Positions 18,041 through 27,256 of a stretch of DNA of 64,000 nucleotides are shown here, piece by piece. Source of the DNA: Chloroflexota bacterium (GTDB taxonomy: Bacteria; Chloroflexota; Limnocylindria; Limnocylindrales; CSP1-4); contig PLMA01000026.1 of NCBI GenBank assembly GCA_003141455.1, positions 10,701 to 74,700 of the forward strand, read 5' to 3'. Both the position numbers and the translations under genes were made by a program. The notes below the pieces were generated by a model that worked only from the letters and a program-made list of their open reading frames with translations, had not been told where the DNA came from and searched no databases. The first letter of the stretch is position 1. Every line of letters starts with the position of its first letter.

Positions 18041-19060
18041 CTACGCCCGCGGGTCGGCGTAACCATTTGGGTTCGCCCGACGCCACGCCCACGCCGAGCC
18101 GATGATCTCCTCGATCGTGCCGTGGCGGGGCCGCCAGCGCAGGACCTCCGTGGCGCGGTCGGCGCCGGCGACGAGTACCGGCGGGTCGCCGGCGCGGCGC
18201 GGTCCGATCCGGACGGCGATACCGCGCCCGACCACAGCCTCCGCGGCTGCCACGACCTGGCGGTTGCTGAATCCCGTGCCACTTCCCAGGTTGCATATGA
18301 GGGGCTGGCACGGCCCGGCCGGCGGGCCGGTGCGAGGATCGGCCGGGTCCGTGGCCAGGAGGGCCAGCACGTGCGCCGCGGCCAGATCCTCGACGTGGAT
18401 GTAGTCCCGGACGCACGTGCCATCCGGCGTCGGGTAGTCGTCGCCGAAGAGCGTCAGCTCGCGCCTTTCCTCGGCCGCGGCCAGCACGTTCGGGATCAGG
18501 TGCGTCTCCGGCGAGTGCAGCTCGCCGTTCCGGGCGCTCGCGCCGGCGGCGTTGAAGTAGCGCAGGACCACGCTCCGGAAGCCATATCCGTGGCCGTACC
18601 AGGCTATCGCCCCCTCGACGTCCCGCTTCGTCTCGCCGTACGCGTTGATGGGCCGGACCGGATCGGACTCCGCGATCGGCGTGCGCTCGGGCATGCCGTA
18701 CGTGGCTGCCGTCGAGCTGAAGACGATGCGCTTGACGCCGGCCGTTCGCATCGCCTCCAGCAGCGCGATGCCGCCCACGACGTTCTCGCGGAAGTACTTC
18801 GCCGGATCCGTCATGGATTCGCCGACGATCGACTTGGCGGCGCAATGGAGGACCGCGTCGATACGGTGCTTCCGCAGGAGCCCAACCACGGCGTCGGTCT
18901 CCCCGTAGCTGCCGATCTCCAGGGTCGCCTTTTCCGGGACCGCACCGCGGTGGCCGGTCGACAGATCGTCGAGGACGATCGCGTCATGGCCGGCCTGGAC
19001 GAATGCCTCGACGGAAACGGATCCGATGTACCCGGCCCCGCCGGTGATGAGGATGCGCAT
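18041..19060 (-). CDS. galE: UDP-glucose 4-epimerase
   Basis: 'TGGAGYIGS', 'FSSTAATYG', YxxxK 'YGETK', 'LRYFNAAG', 'TPDGTCVRDYIHVEDLA'. Confidence 0.95.
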   Translation of the reverse strand: MRILITGGAGYIGSVSVEAFVQAGHDAIVLDDLSTGHRGAVPEKATLEIGSYGETDAVVGLLRKHRIDAVLHCAAKSIVGESMTDPAKYFRENVVGGIALLEAMRTAGVKRIVFSSTAATYGMPERTPIAESDPVRPINAYGETKRDVEGAIAWYGHGYGFRSVVLRYFNAAGASARNGELHSPETHLIPNVLAAAEERRELTLFGDDYPTPDGTCVRDYIHVEDLAAAHVLALLATDPADPRTGPPAGPCQPLICNLGSGTGFSNRQVVAAAEAVVGRGIAVRIGPRRAGDPPVLVAGADRATEVLRWRPRHGTIEEIIGSAWAWRRANPNGYADPRA

Positions 19061-20539
19061 TCAACTGCCTCCGAAGCGGCGGAACAGGCCCTTCCTGCGG
19101 CGCGACGCCGGCTCGGGTTCGGTCTCGGGGGTGCGTTTGGCCGGTGCGTCGGCTTCGGCCGGTCCGGCGAGCTCGCCCTGGGCCGGGGGTTCGTCCGACC
19201 GCTCGCCCGGAGTCGCGGACGACAGCGCCGCGTCTGGGGCGCTCGAGGGTTCGACCGGACGGGCCTGGCTCTCGTTCCCCAGCACGATGGCGAGCGCCTC
19301 GCGCAAGGCTTGAGTCTCGGCCTCCTTCTCGGATAGCTCTTCGGCATCCTCGACGAGAGACTGCCGCGGCAGGGCCACCCGCTCGACGAGATCGCCGGGC
19401 TCGAGAGATTGCGCCTCCAGCAACTCCCTGGGAGCGAGGCGGGCGGCCTCGGCCTCGGCGGCCTCGAACTCATCCGCGCGCGGCCCGGCGACCTGCGGCT
19501 CTTCATCGATCGAGCCGATCGGCGCCGGCTCACGAGTGGCCGGCTCCTCGGCCTGCGGCTCGGCCACGCTCGTCTCGACTGACTCGTCCCTCTCGACTAC
19601 CGAGTTCGCCGCCGCGACATGGAGCATCCAGCGGGCTTCCGCGTCTCGCGCCCAAGCGGCCTCGAGCTCGGCGGCTTCCCTCTCAGACGCATCGGCGACG
19701 AGCTCGACCCTGACGGCCACACTCTCGTCCGCCGGAGCCGCCTCAGATTCGAGCTTCTCCGCCTCGATTCCCTTGGCCTCGATTTCCTCCGCCTCCTGCA
19801 GCCAGGCTGCATCGAGATCGGTTCCGTCGACGACGAGGGCGGGGCGCACGGCTACGCTCTCCGCGGCTTGGGCAGCCTCGACCGTTTCCGGGTCGTCCAC
19901 CTCTCCGGAGATCGGACCCGGCACTTCCATGGGAGGCTCCTCGACCATGTCGAGGGCATCGACCGCTTCCACAGCGGCGGCCGCTTCCGCCGCCGCGTAG
20001 GCGTCCGTAGTCGGCGTTCGGAGCTCGTTTGCACCGAAGCGTCGTTTCCCCGACGGCATGGCGTGGTGAGGCTCGTGCCGCGTCGCGTCGCGGTGCGCAG
20101 GCTGCGGCGCCGCGTCCTCGCGCCCGGCCTTGCGCCGATTCCTGTGCTTCGTCTTCGATCGGTCGGCCGCGGGGTCTGCCGACGTGCCTGCGCTTTCGGC
20201 CGGCTCAGGCAAAGCGGTGCGACGCTTGCTGAGGGCCTCCAGGCGCCGAGCCGCGGCCAGGGGCAGGTCGGGCACCTTCGCCTCGTCTTCGGCGCCTCTG
20301 TGTTCGAGCGCATCGACGACACGCCTGGCAGCCACGTTCTCGGGATCGATGGTCATCGCCCGATCGGCGAACCTGCGTGCCAGTCGTTCATCGCCGCGTT
20401 CCAGCGAGACCTGCGCCAGTCCGGCGAGGGCGATCGCGTTCGATGGGTCGAGCTCGATCAGCTGCCAGTACGTCTGCTCCGCCTGGACGAGCAATCCGTC
20501 GGCCAGGGCTTTGTCGGCATGCAGCAATAGCTCGTACAT
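19061..20539 (-). CDS. TPR-repeat protein with long acidic low-complexity C-terminal region
   Basis: Two TPR-like helical repeats ('LIELDPSNAIALAGLAQV', 'AMTIDPEN'), then a Glu/Ala/Pro-rich tail ending 'RRKGLFRRFGGS'. Confidence 0.65.
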   Translation of the reverse strand: MYELLLHADKALADGLLVQAEQTYWQLIELDPSNAIALAGLAQVSLERGDERLARRFADRAMTIDPENVAARRVVDALEHRGAEDEAKVPDLPLAAARRLEALSKRRTALPEPAESAGTSADPAADRSKTKHRNRRKAGREDAAPQPAHRDATRHEPHHAMPSGKRRFGANELRTPTTDAYAAAEAAAAVEAVDALDMVEEPPMEVPGPISGEVDDPETVEAAQAAESVAVRPALVVDGTDLDAAWLQEAEEIEAKGIEAEKLESEAAPADESVAVRVELVADASEREAAELEAAWARDAEARWMLHVAAANSVVERDESVETSVAEPQAEEPATREPAPIGSIDEEPQVAGPRADEFEAAEAEAARLAPRELLEAQSLEPGDLVERVALPRQSLVEDAEELSEKEAETQALREALAIVLGNESQARPVEPSSAPDAALSSATPGERSDEPPAQGELAGPAEADAPAKRTPETEPEPASRRRKGLFRRFGGS

Positions 20540-20585
20540 CAAGCGGCTCCGAAAGCGAAATGGCCTGGCGTCGGGTTCGTTCCCA

Positions 20586-22034
20586 TCACGATGTCCGATT
20601 GTCCAACAACCGACCGTCCGATATCGACTGGCGAGCCATCTCAATCAGGATTGCACGATCGTTGAGCGCCGGTTCGGCGACGACTCGCTCGGTCAGGTCG
20701 TTGAGCAGCCGGCCCAGCAGGCGACCCTGCGGCAGATCCAGCTCGGCCATCAGGTCGTCGCCGTCGACGGCGAGCCGGTCGCGTCCCAGCACTACGTGAG
20801 CCGCCAGCTCCGCCCCGATTCGAGAGGCCAGCTCGGCGAGGTGACCCGCGTCGGCCGGCAGCCCGCTGCCCTCGTTGTCGGCGGCGCGAAGTGCCAGCAG
20901 GTCGTCGATCGAGCCCGGCCCGATCTTGCGGATGAACCGCCGGATTGCGGCGTCAGTCCAGTTGGGCTGGTACGAGAACATGTGATGAGCCACGAGATGA
21001 GCCACTCGCTCCTGGAGGGCGCGGGGAGCGTGGAGGCCGGTCAGGTAGTCGCGGGCCATGGCCGTCCCAACCGTTTCGTGGCCGTGAAAGTGGCCGTCAG
21101 CCAGAGTATCCGGCTTGCCGACGTCGTGGAGGAGCGACGCGAGTCGTACGAGCGGTCGGTTGGGAGCCGCGTCGACGGTGTGCAGGGTGTGGTCCCACAG
21201 GTCCTCGCCGTCGGCCTTGTTCTGCGGAATGCCGCGCTGGCGGGCCAGGTCCGGGGCCACGACGCCCAGCAAGCCGGTCTGCTCCATCAGGCGCAGGCCG
21301 ACCGATGGCGCCGGAGCGGCGAGCAGCTTGAGCAGCTCGGCAAAGACGCGCTCGCCCGAGAGGCGGGCTGCCAGCCCGGCGTTGCGGCCGATCGCCTGCG
21401 CGGTCGCAGGGTCGATCTGGAACTCGAGCGTGGCCGCCAGGCGGACGGCCCGGATCATCCGCAGCGCGTCCTCACCGAATCGCAGGTCCGGATCGCCTAC
21501 CGCCCGAAGGAGACGGCGGGCCAGGTCGTCGCGGCCACCGTGAGGATCGACGAAAGCCGGCTCCTCGGCCGGCCGGCCGCCCCAGGCAATCGCGTTCACC
21601 GTGAAGTCGCGGCGTGCCAGGTCGTCGCGGATCGACGTGCCGAACTGCACCGCATCCGGGTGCCGGTGGTCCGAATAGGAAACGTCGCGGCGGAAAGTCG
21701 TGATCTCGTACTGCACGCCGGCGTGGCGCACGACTACCGTTCCGAAGCGGTTCTCGTAGATGGACCTTGGGAAGAGAGCCTGGATCCGTTCGGGTGGAGC
21801 GTCGGTGGTCAGGTCCCAGTCGGCCGGCTCGCGACCCAACAGGGCGTCGCGCAGGCACCCCCCAACCACATAGGCCGCCTGGTCGCCGCGCCAGAGCGTC
21901 GCGAGCAGATCTCCGACGGGGGCCGGAATCTCGCACAGGGCCGGCCCGGGCGGCGTGGCCGCGTTCTCCGAACGGCCGCCATCCGTTGCCTTGTCCCGGT
22001 CAGGCTGGCTTCCCGTCATGCTTCCCCGGCTCAT
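20586..22034 (-). CDS. cca: CCA-adding tRNA nucleotidyltransferase with HD domain
   Basis: 'YVVGGCLRD', 'DWD', 'DLARRDFTVNAIA', 'EDALRMIRAVR', 'LLHDVGKP'. Confidence 0.9.
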   Translation of the reverse strand: MSRGSMTGSQPDRDKATDGGRSENAATPPGPALCEIPAPVGDLLATLWRGDQAAYVVGGCLRDALLGREPADWDLTTDAPPERIQALFPRSIYENRFGTVVVRHAGVQYEITTFRRDVSYSDHRHPDAVQFGTSIRDDLARRDFTVNAIAWGGRPAEEPAFVDPHGGRDDLARRLLRAVGDPDLRFGEDALRMIRAVRLAATLEFQIDPATAQAIGRNAGLAARLSGERVFAELLKLLAAPAPSVGLRLMEQTGLLGVVAPDLARQRGIPQNKADGEDLWDHTLHTVDAAPNRPLVRLASLLHDVGKPDTLADGHFHGHETVGTAMARDYLTGLHAPRALQERVAHLVAHHMFSYQPNWTDAAIRRFIRKIGPGSIDDLLALRAADNEGSGLPADAGHLAELASRIGAELAAHVVLGRDRLAVDGDDLMAELDLPQGRLLGRLLNDLTERVVAEPALNDRAILIEMARQSISDGRLLDNRTS

Positions 22035-22091
22035 CGTCTAGCCGCCGCAGCCCGCCGGACCGCGGGCTTCCCAGTCAGGCCCTCACCCCGG

Positions 22092-22604
22092 TCAATGGCC
22101 AAGGAAGAGGTACGTTCGCCAGCTCTCGTTCTTGTCGTCGCGGAGATAAGGGGTGAAGACCGAGTACACGTCGCAGCGCGGCTCCGAGGGCCTGTGCGCC
22201 AGCCGGAGCCTGGCCTCGTCCAGCAGCTTGCCGCCCTTGTGGTGGTTGCAGGTCTTGCAGGCGGTGACCAGGTTGTCCCACGTGTGGGACCCGCCGCGGT
22301 GGCGCGGCACGACGTGATCGAGCGTCAGATCGCCAGTCTTGCGGCCGCAGTACTGGCACGTGTAGGCGTCGCGGATGAAGACCTCGCGGCGTGTCAGCTT
22401 GACGCGCGGTCGGGGCCGCCGGATCTGGTGCTGCAGGCGGATCACGGCGGGCGCACGGAACTCCTGCCGCGGCGTCCGGATCACCTGATGGTCGTACTCG
22501 AGGACTTCGGCTTTCTGGCCAAAGACCAGTCGGAATGCCCGGGGCAGGTTACAGACGTTGAGCGGCTCGTAGCTCTGATTGAGAACCAGGACCACGCCGT
22601 CCAT
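22092..22604 (-). CDS. HNH endonuclease (McrA/HNH_5-like)
   Basis: 'VLVLNQSYEPL', 'RDAYTCQYCG', 'TLDHVVPR.RGG..TWDNLVTACKTCNHHKG'. Confidence 0.9.
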   Translation of the reverse strand: MDGVVLVLNQSYEPLNVCNLPRAFRLVFGQKAEVLEYDHQVIRTPRQEFRAPAVIRLQHQIRRPRPRVKLTRREVFIRDAYTCQYCGRKTGDLTLDHVVPRHRGGSHTWDNLVTACKTCNHHKGGKLLDEARLRLAHRPSEPRCDVYSVFTPYLRDDKNESWRTYLFLGH

Positions 22605-22734
22605 GGGCGCATCGTATCAGAGGAAGACCCTGCATCCCCGCTCGGCCGTGCCCGCTGTCGTCTCAGCCCGGCCATCCGCCCCCTGAAAACGAGATCCGAC
22701 GGCCTTTCGGCCGCCGGATCTTCACTGCCTGATT

Positions 22735-25581
22735 CTACGGTCCAGGGTAGGTGTATTCGGATGCGCTCGTCAGATACGATGAGCCGCCGGGCGTCGTCAC
22801 GACGACCTGATACGTCTGACCGGGGACCAAGCCGGAGGGAAGCGTTATCGAGATGGAGGTGTCGGACACGGACCCGATCGTGGCCGACGCCGCGCCGAAC
22901 TTGACCGAGTCCGCGCCGGTGAAGTACTCGCCCGAAATGGAGGTGCTGGTGACGGTGTCGACCACCGGCACCGGATACAGCTGCAGCAGATGGGATCCGC
23001 CATTGGCGAGGTTGATGGCAATCTGCTGGAAGTAGGCTGCGAGGTCCGATCCAGTCGGCGAGTTGAAGTAGTAGGGGGCCTCGGTGCCTGAGGCTACCTG
23101 CTTCAGCAGCTGCTCTCCAGTCAGCCCCATATCCGTGCACCTTCCATTGTTGTTGCCCTGGCCGAGGCCGTAGCCGACGGCATAGACCTTGATTCCTCCG
23201 GCCTTCGCTGCATTGCCCGCGGCGATCGCAGCAGCGCACGTGAATTGCGAGGCGTCGTTGAAGTCCTGGCTGTTCTCCGGATTACCATCGGTTTCAAGGA
23301 GGATGCCCTTGGTCACGCCCGGGCGGCCGTAGGTGTCGAGGTACCAATGCGCATACGCAAGCGGCATTGACAGGGTGGTGCCGCCGGACTGCGCCGAGAT
23401 GCAGTTGATCGCTTTCACGAGGGGGGTGGCCGTGTTGAAGACGCCCCCGACCTCATACGTCCCCGCCGCTCCGTTGGGATTCGGAAGAGGAGTGTCTGTG
23501 TCGGTGCCGCTGAGGCCTACCGGGACCCATACGCCAGCGGTGTGCGAGCTGGGGTCACTGGGGTTGTAGGTGCTGGGGTCCCAACTGGTCCAGTTAGTCA
23601 CCTGCTTGCCGCTCGTGTGCGTGGCGGCCGTGGTGCCGCTGACGCCGCGGGTCACGTTCATCACCGTCGTCGGCGTCGACGTGTCCGAGACGCTACCCAC
23701 CTGCATCCTCTCGGAATCGACCTGGATGATGTAGTTGCCGGTCGCCGGGAACCCGATCGCCGACGCGACCCGGATCGTGGTGTCGTTCTTGCCGACGACC
23801 ATGTTGACCGCCTTGCCGCCGGCGTGCACGGCGGCGGTGGTGCCGCCCTGGCCGCGCTGCACGGTCCAGAGTGTCGTGCCCTGACCGCCAGTTACCTTCA
23901 TCTGCTCGTTTTCGATCTGGATGCTGAAGTTGCCGGAATCCGGGAACCCGGCCTCCGACGCGACATAGATCGTCGTGTCAGCGTTGTCGACGTCCCAGGA
24001 CACGCTCGCACCGTTGGCGTGGGCCAGTTGGGTTGTACCGCCCTGGCCGCGCTGCACGGTCCAGAGTGTCGTGCCCTGACCGCCTGTCACCGACATCTGC
24101 TCGTTATCAACCTTGACGGTGTAGTTGCCGCTCGTCGGGAACCCTAACGCCGACGTCACCGGCAGTGCTGTGGATGTGGCGGTGATAAGCAGGATCGCCA
24201 CCGCGCCGCTGGCGTGTGCGGCGGCGGGTGTGCCGCGCGTTACAGTCCAGGTTGTTCCGCTCGGACTCCCCGTCACCGTCATTTGCTCGGAATCGATCTG
24301 GATGATGAACGGATAAGTCGTCGGGAACCCGATCTTCGAGGTAACGGTGATCGTTGTGGCGCTAGCGTTGATGTAGTTGGGCGTGCCTACCGTCGCGCCA
24401 CTCGAGTGCGCCGCGAGTGTGGTGCCGTTTACGGCGCGTGTTACGGTCCAGCTTGTGCCGGACCCGTCGGCCGTAGCCGACATTTGTTCGGAATCGATCT
24501 GGATAGTGAAGGGGAAAGTCGTCGGGAACCCGGTCTTCGCCGCGACGGGGATGGTTCTGGTGGTGGATCTGTTGTTGATGCCGGCGGTCAGGGTCGTGAC
24601 CGGGCCGCCCAGGTTCGTCTTCGGGGCGTTCACGGTCGTTGCCGCACTGCCCAAGGTCGTACTAGCGCCGCTCAGGGTCGTGTGAGGGAAGAAGTTGTTG
24701 TTGGTTGCCGCGCCATAGGCCGTCCCGCCGTCGGGGCAGGTACCCAACGTGGGGTCGCCGGCTGCGTCCACCACGCCCGGGCCGGTCAATGCGAGAGCCA
24801 CGCGCTGCTTCGCCGGATCGTAGACGTTGAGGATCGCCTCGGCGGCGCCCTGAAGATTGTGGATCTTGACGCCATTCGGATTTTCGTTGTACTGATTGAA
24901 GTTGTCGGCCATGCTCCTCGTGCGGTCAAGGATGATCACCAGGTCCACGGGAACAATCGTAGACTCCCCGCACGCCCCCTTGCACGCGGCAGACACAATC
25001 GTTCCCGTCGATCCGCTGGCCGGCGCGCCGGGGATAGCGGGGGTGAGCGCAAATTGCGTGGTCGAACTGCCCTTGACCACGACGACGTTGCACCTGTCGC
25101 CGGCGGCGGGATTGCAGGCGGAGACTCGCTGCTTGCCGGCACCCGTGAAGTCGCCGGGGACCGCATACAACGGTGGGGTGTGATGGAGGGCATTATGCGG
25201 GTCGCACATGCCCGGGAGATCCACGGCGATCAAGGGAGCCCCCGTGACCACATCCGCGCGGATCAGGCACCTGTAGGTGATCGTGTAGTCAACCCCCAGC
25301 ACCAGACTGGAGTAGTTCACCTTGATGTTCCCTTTGATCATGGCCTCTGTCTCAGCCACCGTGTGCCCAGGTGTCGCGTTGTCGACCGGCAACATGGACG
25401 CACCGGCCAGGGCGGCCGAATCCAGCGCGTTCACAAGGATCTGCCTGTTGTTCCGGAGAACCCCTAGATCGATGACCATGGCGGCGAATCCGAGGATCAT
25501 GATCAGGACTATTTCGAAGAGGACGAGAATCTGCCCGCGCTCTCGCCGGCCGTCACGTTGTGAACCTCGCAAGTGCCGCAT
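22735..25581 (-). CDS. TadG-like Flp-pilus adhesin: prepilin/Tad domain, vWA domain split by five repeats, C-terminal IPT/TIG domain
   Basis: 'RERGQILVLF' prepilin site; 'IDLG...NALDSAALAGA'; MIDAS-like 'LDRTRSM'; later 'GGTTL', 'LLETDG', 'IKVYAVGYG'. Confidence 0.8.
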   Translation of the reverse strand: MRHLRGSQRDGRRERGQILVLFEIVLIMILGFAAMVIDLGVLRNNRQILVNALDSAALAGASMLPVDNATPGHTVAETEAMIKGNIKVNYSSLVLGVDYTITYRCLIRADVVTGAPLIAVDLPGMCDPHNALHHTPPLYAVPGDFTGAGKQRVSACNPAAGDRCNVVVVKGSSTTQFALTPAIPGAPASGSTGTIVSAACKGACGESTIVPVDLVIILDRTRSMADNFNQYNENPNGVKIHNLQGAAEAILNVYDPAKQRVALALTGPGVVDAAGDPTLGTCPDGGTAYGAATNNNFFPHTTLSGASTTLGSAATTVNAPKTNLGGPVTTLTAGINNRSTTRTIPVAAKTGFPTTFPFTIQIDSEQMSATADGSGTSWTVTRAVNGTTLAAHSSGATVGTPNYINASATTITVTSKIGFPTTYPFIIQIDSEQMTVTGSPSGTTWTVTRGTPAAAHASGAVAILLITATSTALPVTSALGFPTSGNYTVKVDNEQMSVTGGQGTTLWTVQRGQGGTTQLAHANGASVSWDVDNADTTIYVASEAGFPDSGNFSIQIENEQMKVTGGQGTTLWTVQRGQGGTTAAVHAGGKAVNMVVGKNDTTIRVASAIGFPATGNYIIQVDSERMQVGSVSDTSTPTTVMNVTRGVSGTTAATHTSGKQVTNWTSWDPSTYNPSDPSSHTAGVWVPVGLSGTDTDTPLPNPNGAAGTYEVGGVFNTATPLVKAINCISAQSGGTTLSMPLAYAHWYLDTYGRPGVTKGILLETDGNPENSQDFNDASQFTCAAAIAAGNAAKAGGIKVYAVGYGLGQGNNNGRCTDMGLTGEQLLKQVASGTEAPYYFNSPTGSDLAAYFQQIAINLANGGSHLLQLYPVPVVDTVTSTSISGEYFTGADSVKFGAASATIGSVSDTSISITLPSGLVPGQTYQVVVTTPGGSSYLTSASEYTYPGP
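23597..24600 (-). repeat. Five ~65-aa protein repeats (GFP...I.IDxEQM.VT...WTVxRG..GT...H..G..V)
   Basis: Repeats visible in the translation; a 47-bp identical DNA block at 23843-23889 and 24038-24084 (offset 195 nt). Confidence 0.85.
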
Positions 25582-25622
25582 CTCTGTTACTCCCGTCTCC
25601 CTGCACCGCATGGTGGTCCCGC

Positions 25623-26099
25623 TCACGACGGGAGGTTATCGAAGACCATCTGTACGGTGGAATTAAGGGGGAACTCCTGCCCGAACGCCAGCGGGAAGAA
25701 CGTCTTGTAGGTGAAGATGACTTTCACGGAAACGGAATCACCGTTCTTGACGGTGGTGCAGGGGATCGTGGCCGGCGAAGTGACCGACGCGCTCGTCTCG
25801 AGGCAGACGACCATTACATCGCCCAACGACACGGTCACGCCCCCACCCGATGCCGCGGATCTCGCGGCCCCAACGGCCGTGTCTTCGACCCAGGCAGGGT
25901 TGGATACCATGGCGGCGGCACGAGCGCCTTCGCGGGCAGAGTTGATGACGGTCATCCTGTTGTAGAGCATGAAGCCGAAGTCGCAGATCCCGGACAACAC
26001 GAGCATGAAGATGGGAAGGACCAGGGCGAACTCGACCATGGCCTGGCCACGCTTGCGAGTGCTTCGGCGGCCGGATGGGCCGGGCTTCGGGTTCGACAT
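25623..26099 (-). CDS. TadE-like pseudopilin
   Basis: 'KRGQAMVEFALVLPIF...DFG...NSAREGARAA'. Confidence 0.85.
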   Translation of the reverse strand: MSNPKPGPSGRRSTRKRGQAMVEFALVLPIFMLVLSGICDFGFMLYNRMTVINSAREGARAAAMVSNPAWVEDTAVGAARSAASGGGVTVSLGDVMVVCLETSASVTSPATIPCTTVKNGDSVSVKVIFTYKTFFPLAFGQEFPLNSTVQMVFDNLPS

Positions 26100-26346
26100 G
26101 GGCTTGCTCCCCAGTTGTGTGCGGTTTCTCGGGTGGCGGCCCCACTCTACCGCCGACTCTACAAGCGAATTCATCCTGATGTCAGGGATGTGAGGGTAGG
26201 CATGGTTCCTTGCGCCTACCATTACGGACCGGGCCGCGCTTGTACAGTGGGCGACCGTTCCACCGCTTCGGTACGAAATACTCAGCGTGGGCGCGAAGCG
26301 TCCCACTCGTTGGTGGGGCATTTGCACCAGCAAACGCGCGGTACGG

Positions 26347-27045
26347 CTAGGGCTGGGTGGGCTCGTTGGCAGCGAGGCGGTAGCCGCCACCTGCCGCGGT
26401 GAGCAGGTAGCGGGGTTGGTCCGGATCTACCTCGAGCTTCTGGCGGAGTCTCCGGACCGTCACCCAGACGTATGCCGGATCCGCGCAATCCGAGTCCGCC
26501 CAGACCTTGTGAAGAAGCTGCTCGGTGGAGACGGCCCGTGGCATGCTCGCAGCCAGCGTGGCCAGGAAGCGCGATTCGGTCGGCGAGAGGGAGACGTGGC
26601 GGCCGCGGATGATCGCCTCTCTCTTGCGGGGGACGAGAACCAGGTCGCCCAGAGCGAGCTCCTCGACGGGGATCTGGTCCGCGAGGCGGCGCAGGACGCG
26701 TCGAACGCGGGCCACCAACTCCGAGTAGTCGTAGGGCTTGGTGACGTAGTCCTCGGCGAAATGGGCGATGAGATCCGCCTTGTTGTCCGCGGTGGCGACC
26801 GCGGACAGAACGAGGATCGGGATGTCGGCTCGGCTCTTGATGCGACTCGCCACAGTCTGGCCATCCATCTCCGGCATCATCAGATCCAGGATTACCAGGT
26901 CCGGCCAGGCGGCGTCGAGCTGTTTGAGCGCTTCGGCACCGCTGGCGGCCTTTGCCACCTCGAAGCCGTCGCGCGCCAGGCGTTCGGCCAGCGCGTCCAG
27001 ATGCGCCACGTCGTCGTCGATCAGGAGCAGCCGGGATTCGTTCAT
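26347..27045 (-). CDS. Orphan OmpR-family response regulator (paralog of 10709-11416)
   Basis: 'LLIDDD', 'WPDLVILDLMMP', 'AEDYVTKPY', 'LSPTESRFL', 'VRRLRQKLE'; TACACT -10 lies 7 nt before the ATG. Confidence 0.9.
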   Translation of the reverse strand: MNESRLLLIDDDVAHLDALAERLARDGFEVAKAASGAEALKQLDAAWPDLVILDLMMPEMDGQTVASRIKSRADIPILVLSAVATADNKADLIAHFAEDYVTKPYDYSELVARVRRVLRRLADQIPVEELALGDLVLVPRKREAIIRGRHVSLSPTESRFLATLAASMPRAVSTEQLLHKVWADSDCADPAYVWVTVRRLRQKLEVDPDQPRYLLTAAGGGYRLAANEPTQP

Positions 27046-27179
27046 CAATAGGAGTGTACGAGTCCGCGAGACGCTCGGGAGACCGAACCGGCCCTCGCCC
27101 GAGCGCCGTGACGGTGTCGTCCGGCTCGTCACATCGGCGCGACGCGGCGAGCCCGACCCGGGATTCGGAGCGTGCCGCG

Positions 27180-27185
27180 TATAAT
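27180..27185 (+). promoter_or_regulatory. Consensus -10 box TATAAT upstream of pdxS
   Basis: Perfect TATAAT in a GC-rich intergenic gap about 70 nt upstream of pdxS. Confidence 0.6.
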
Positions 27186-27256
27186 CCGATGGCGAGGCCC
27201 GCCGTCGTGTCTTGAGGCACGCCCCGCTCCCCGCCGAAGAAGGAACTGCTGGCAAG

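Noticed and set aside
22092-22604. HNH nuclease as a mobile element or defence system
   Set aside because: Matches the common stand-alone chromosomal HNH type, among housekeeping genes; no methylase, intron or IS ends.
23843-24084. Diversity-generating retroelement TR/VR pair
   Set aside because: The 47-bp copies are identical, both lie inside coding repeats, show no adenine-specific variation, and there is no reverse transcriptase in the window.
26160-26244. Hammerhead ribozyme (three-way junction containing CTGATG)
   Set aside because: Core is CTGATGT rather than CTGANGA, it lies within a stem-loop, and the required GAAA is missing.
26311-26326. Sigma-54 promoter (GG-N10-GC)
   Set aside because: Poor match to TGGCAC, and it points into the 3' end of an opposite-strand gene.
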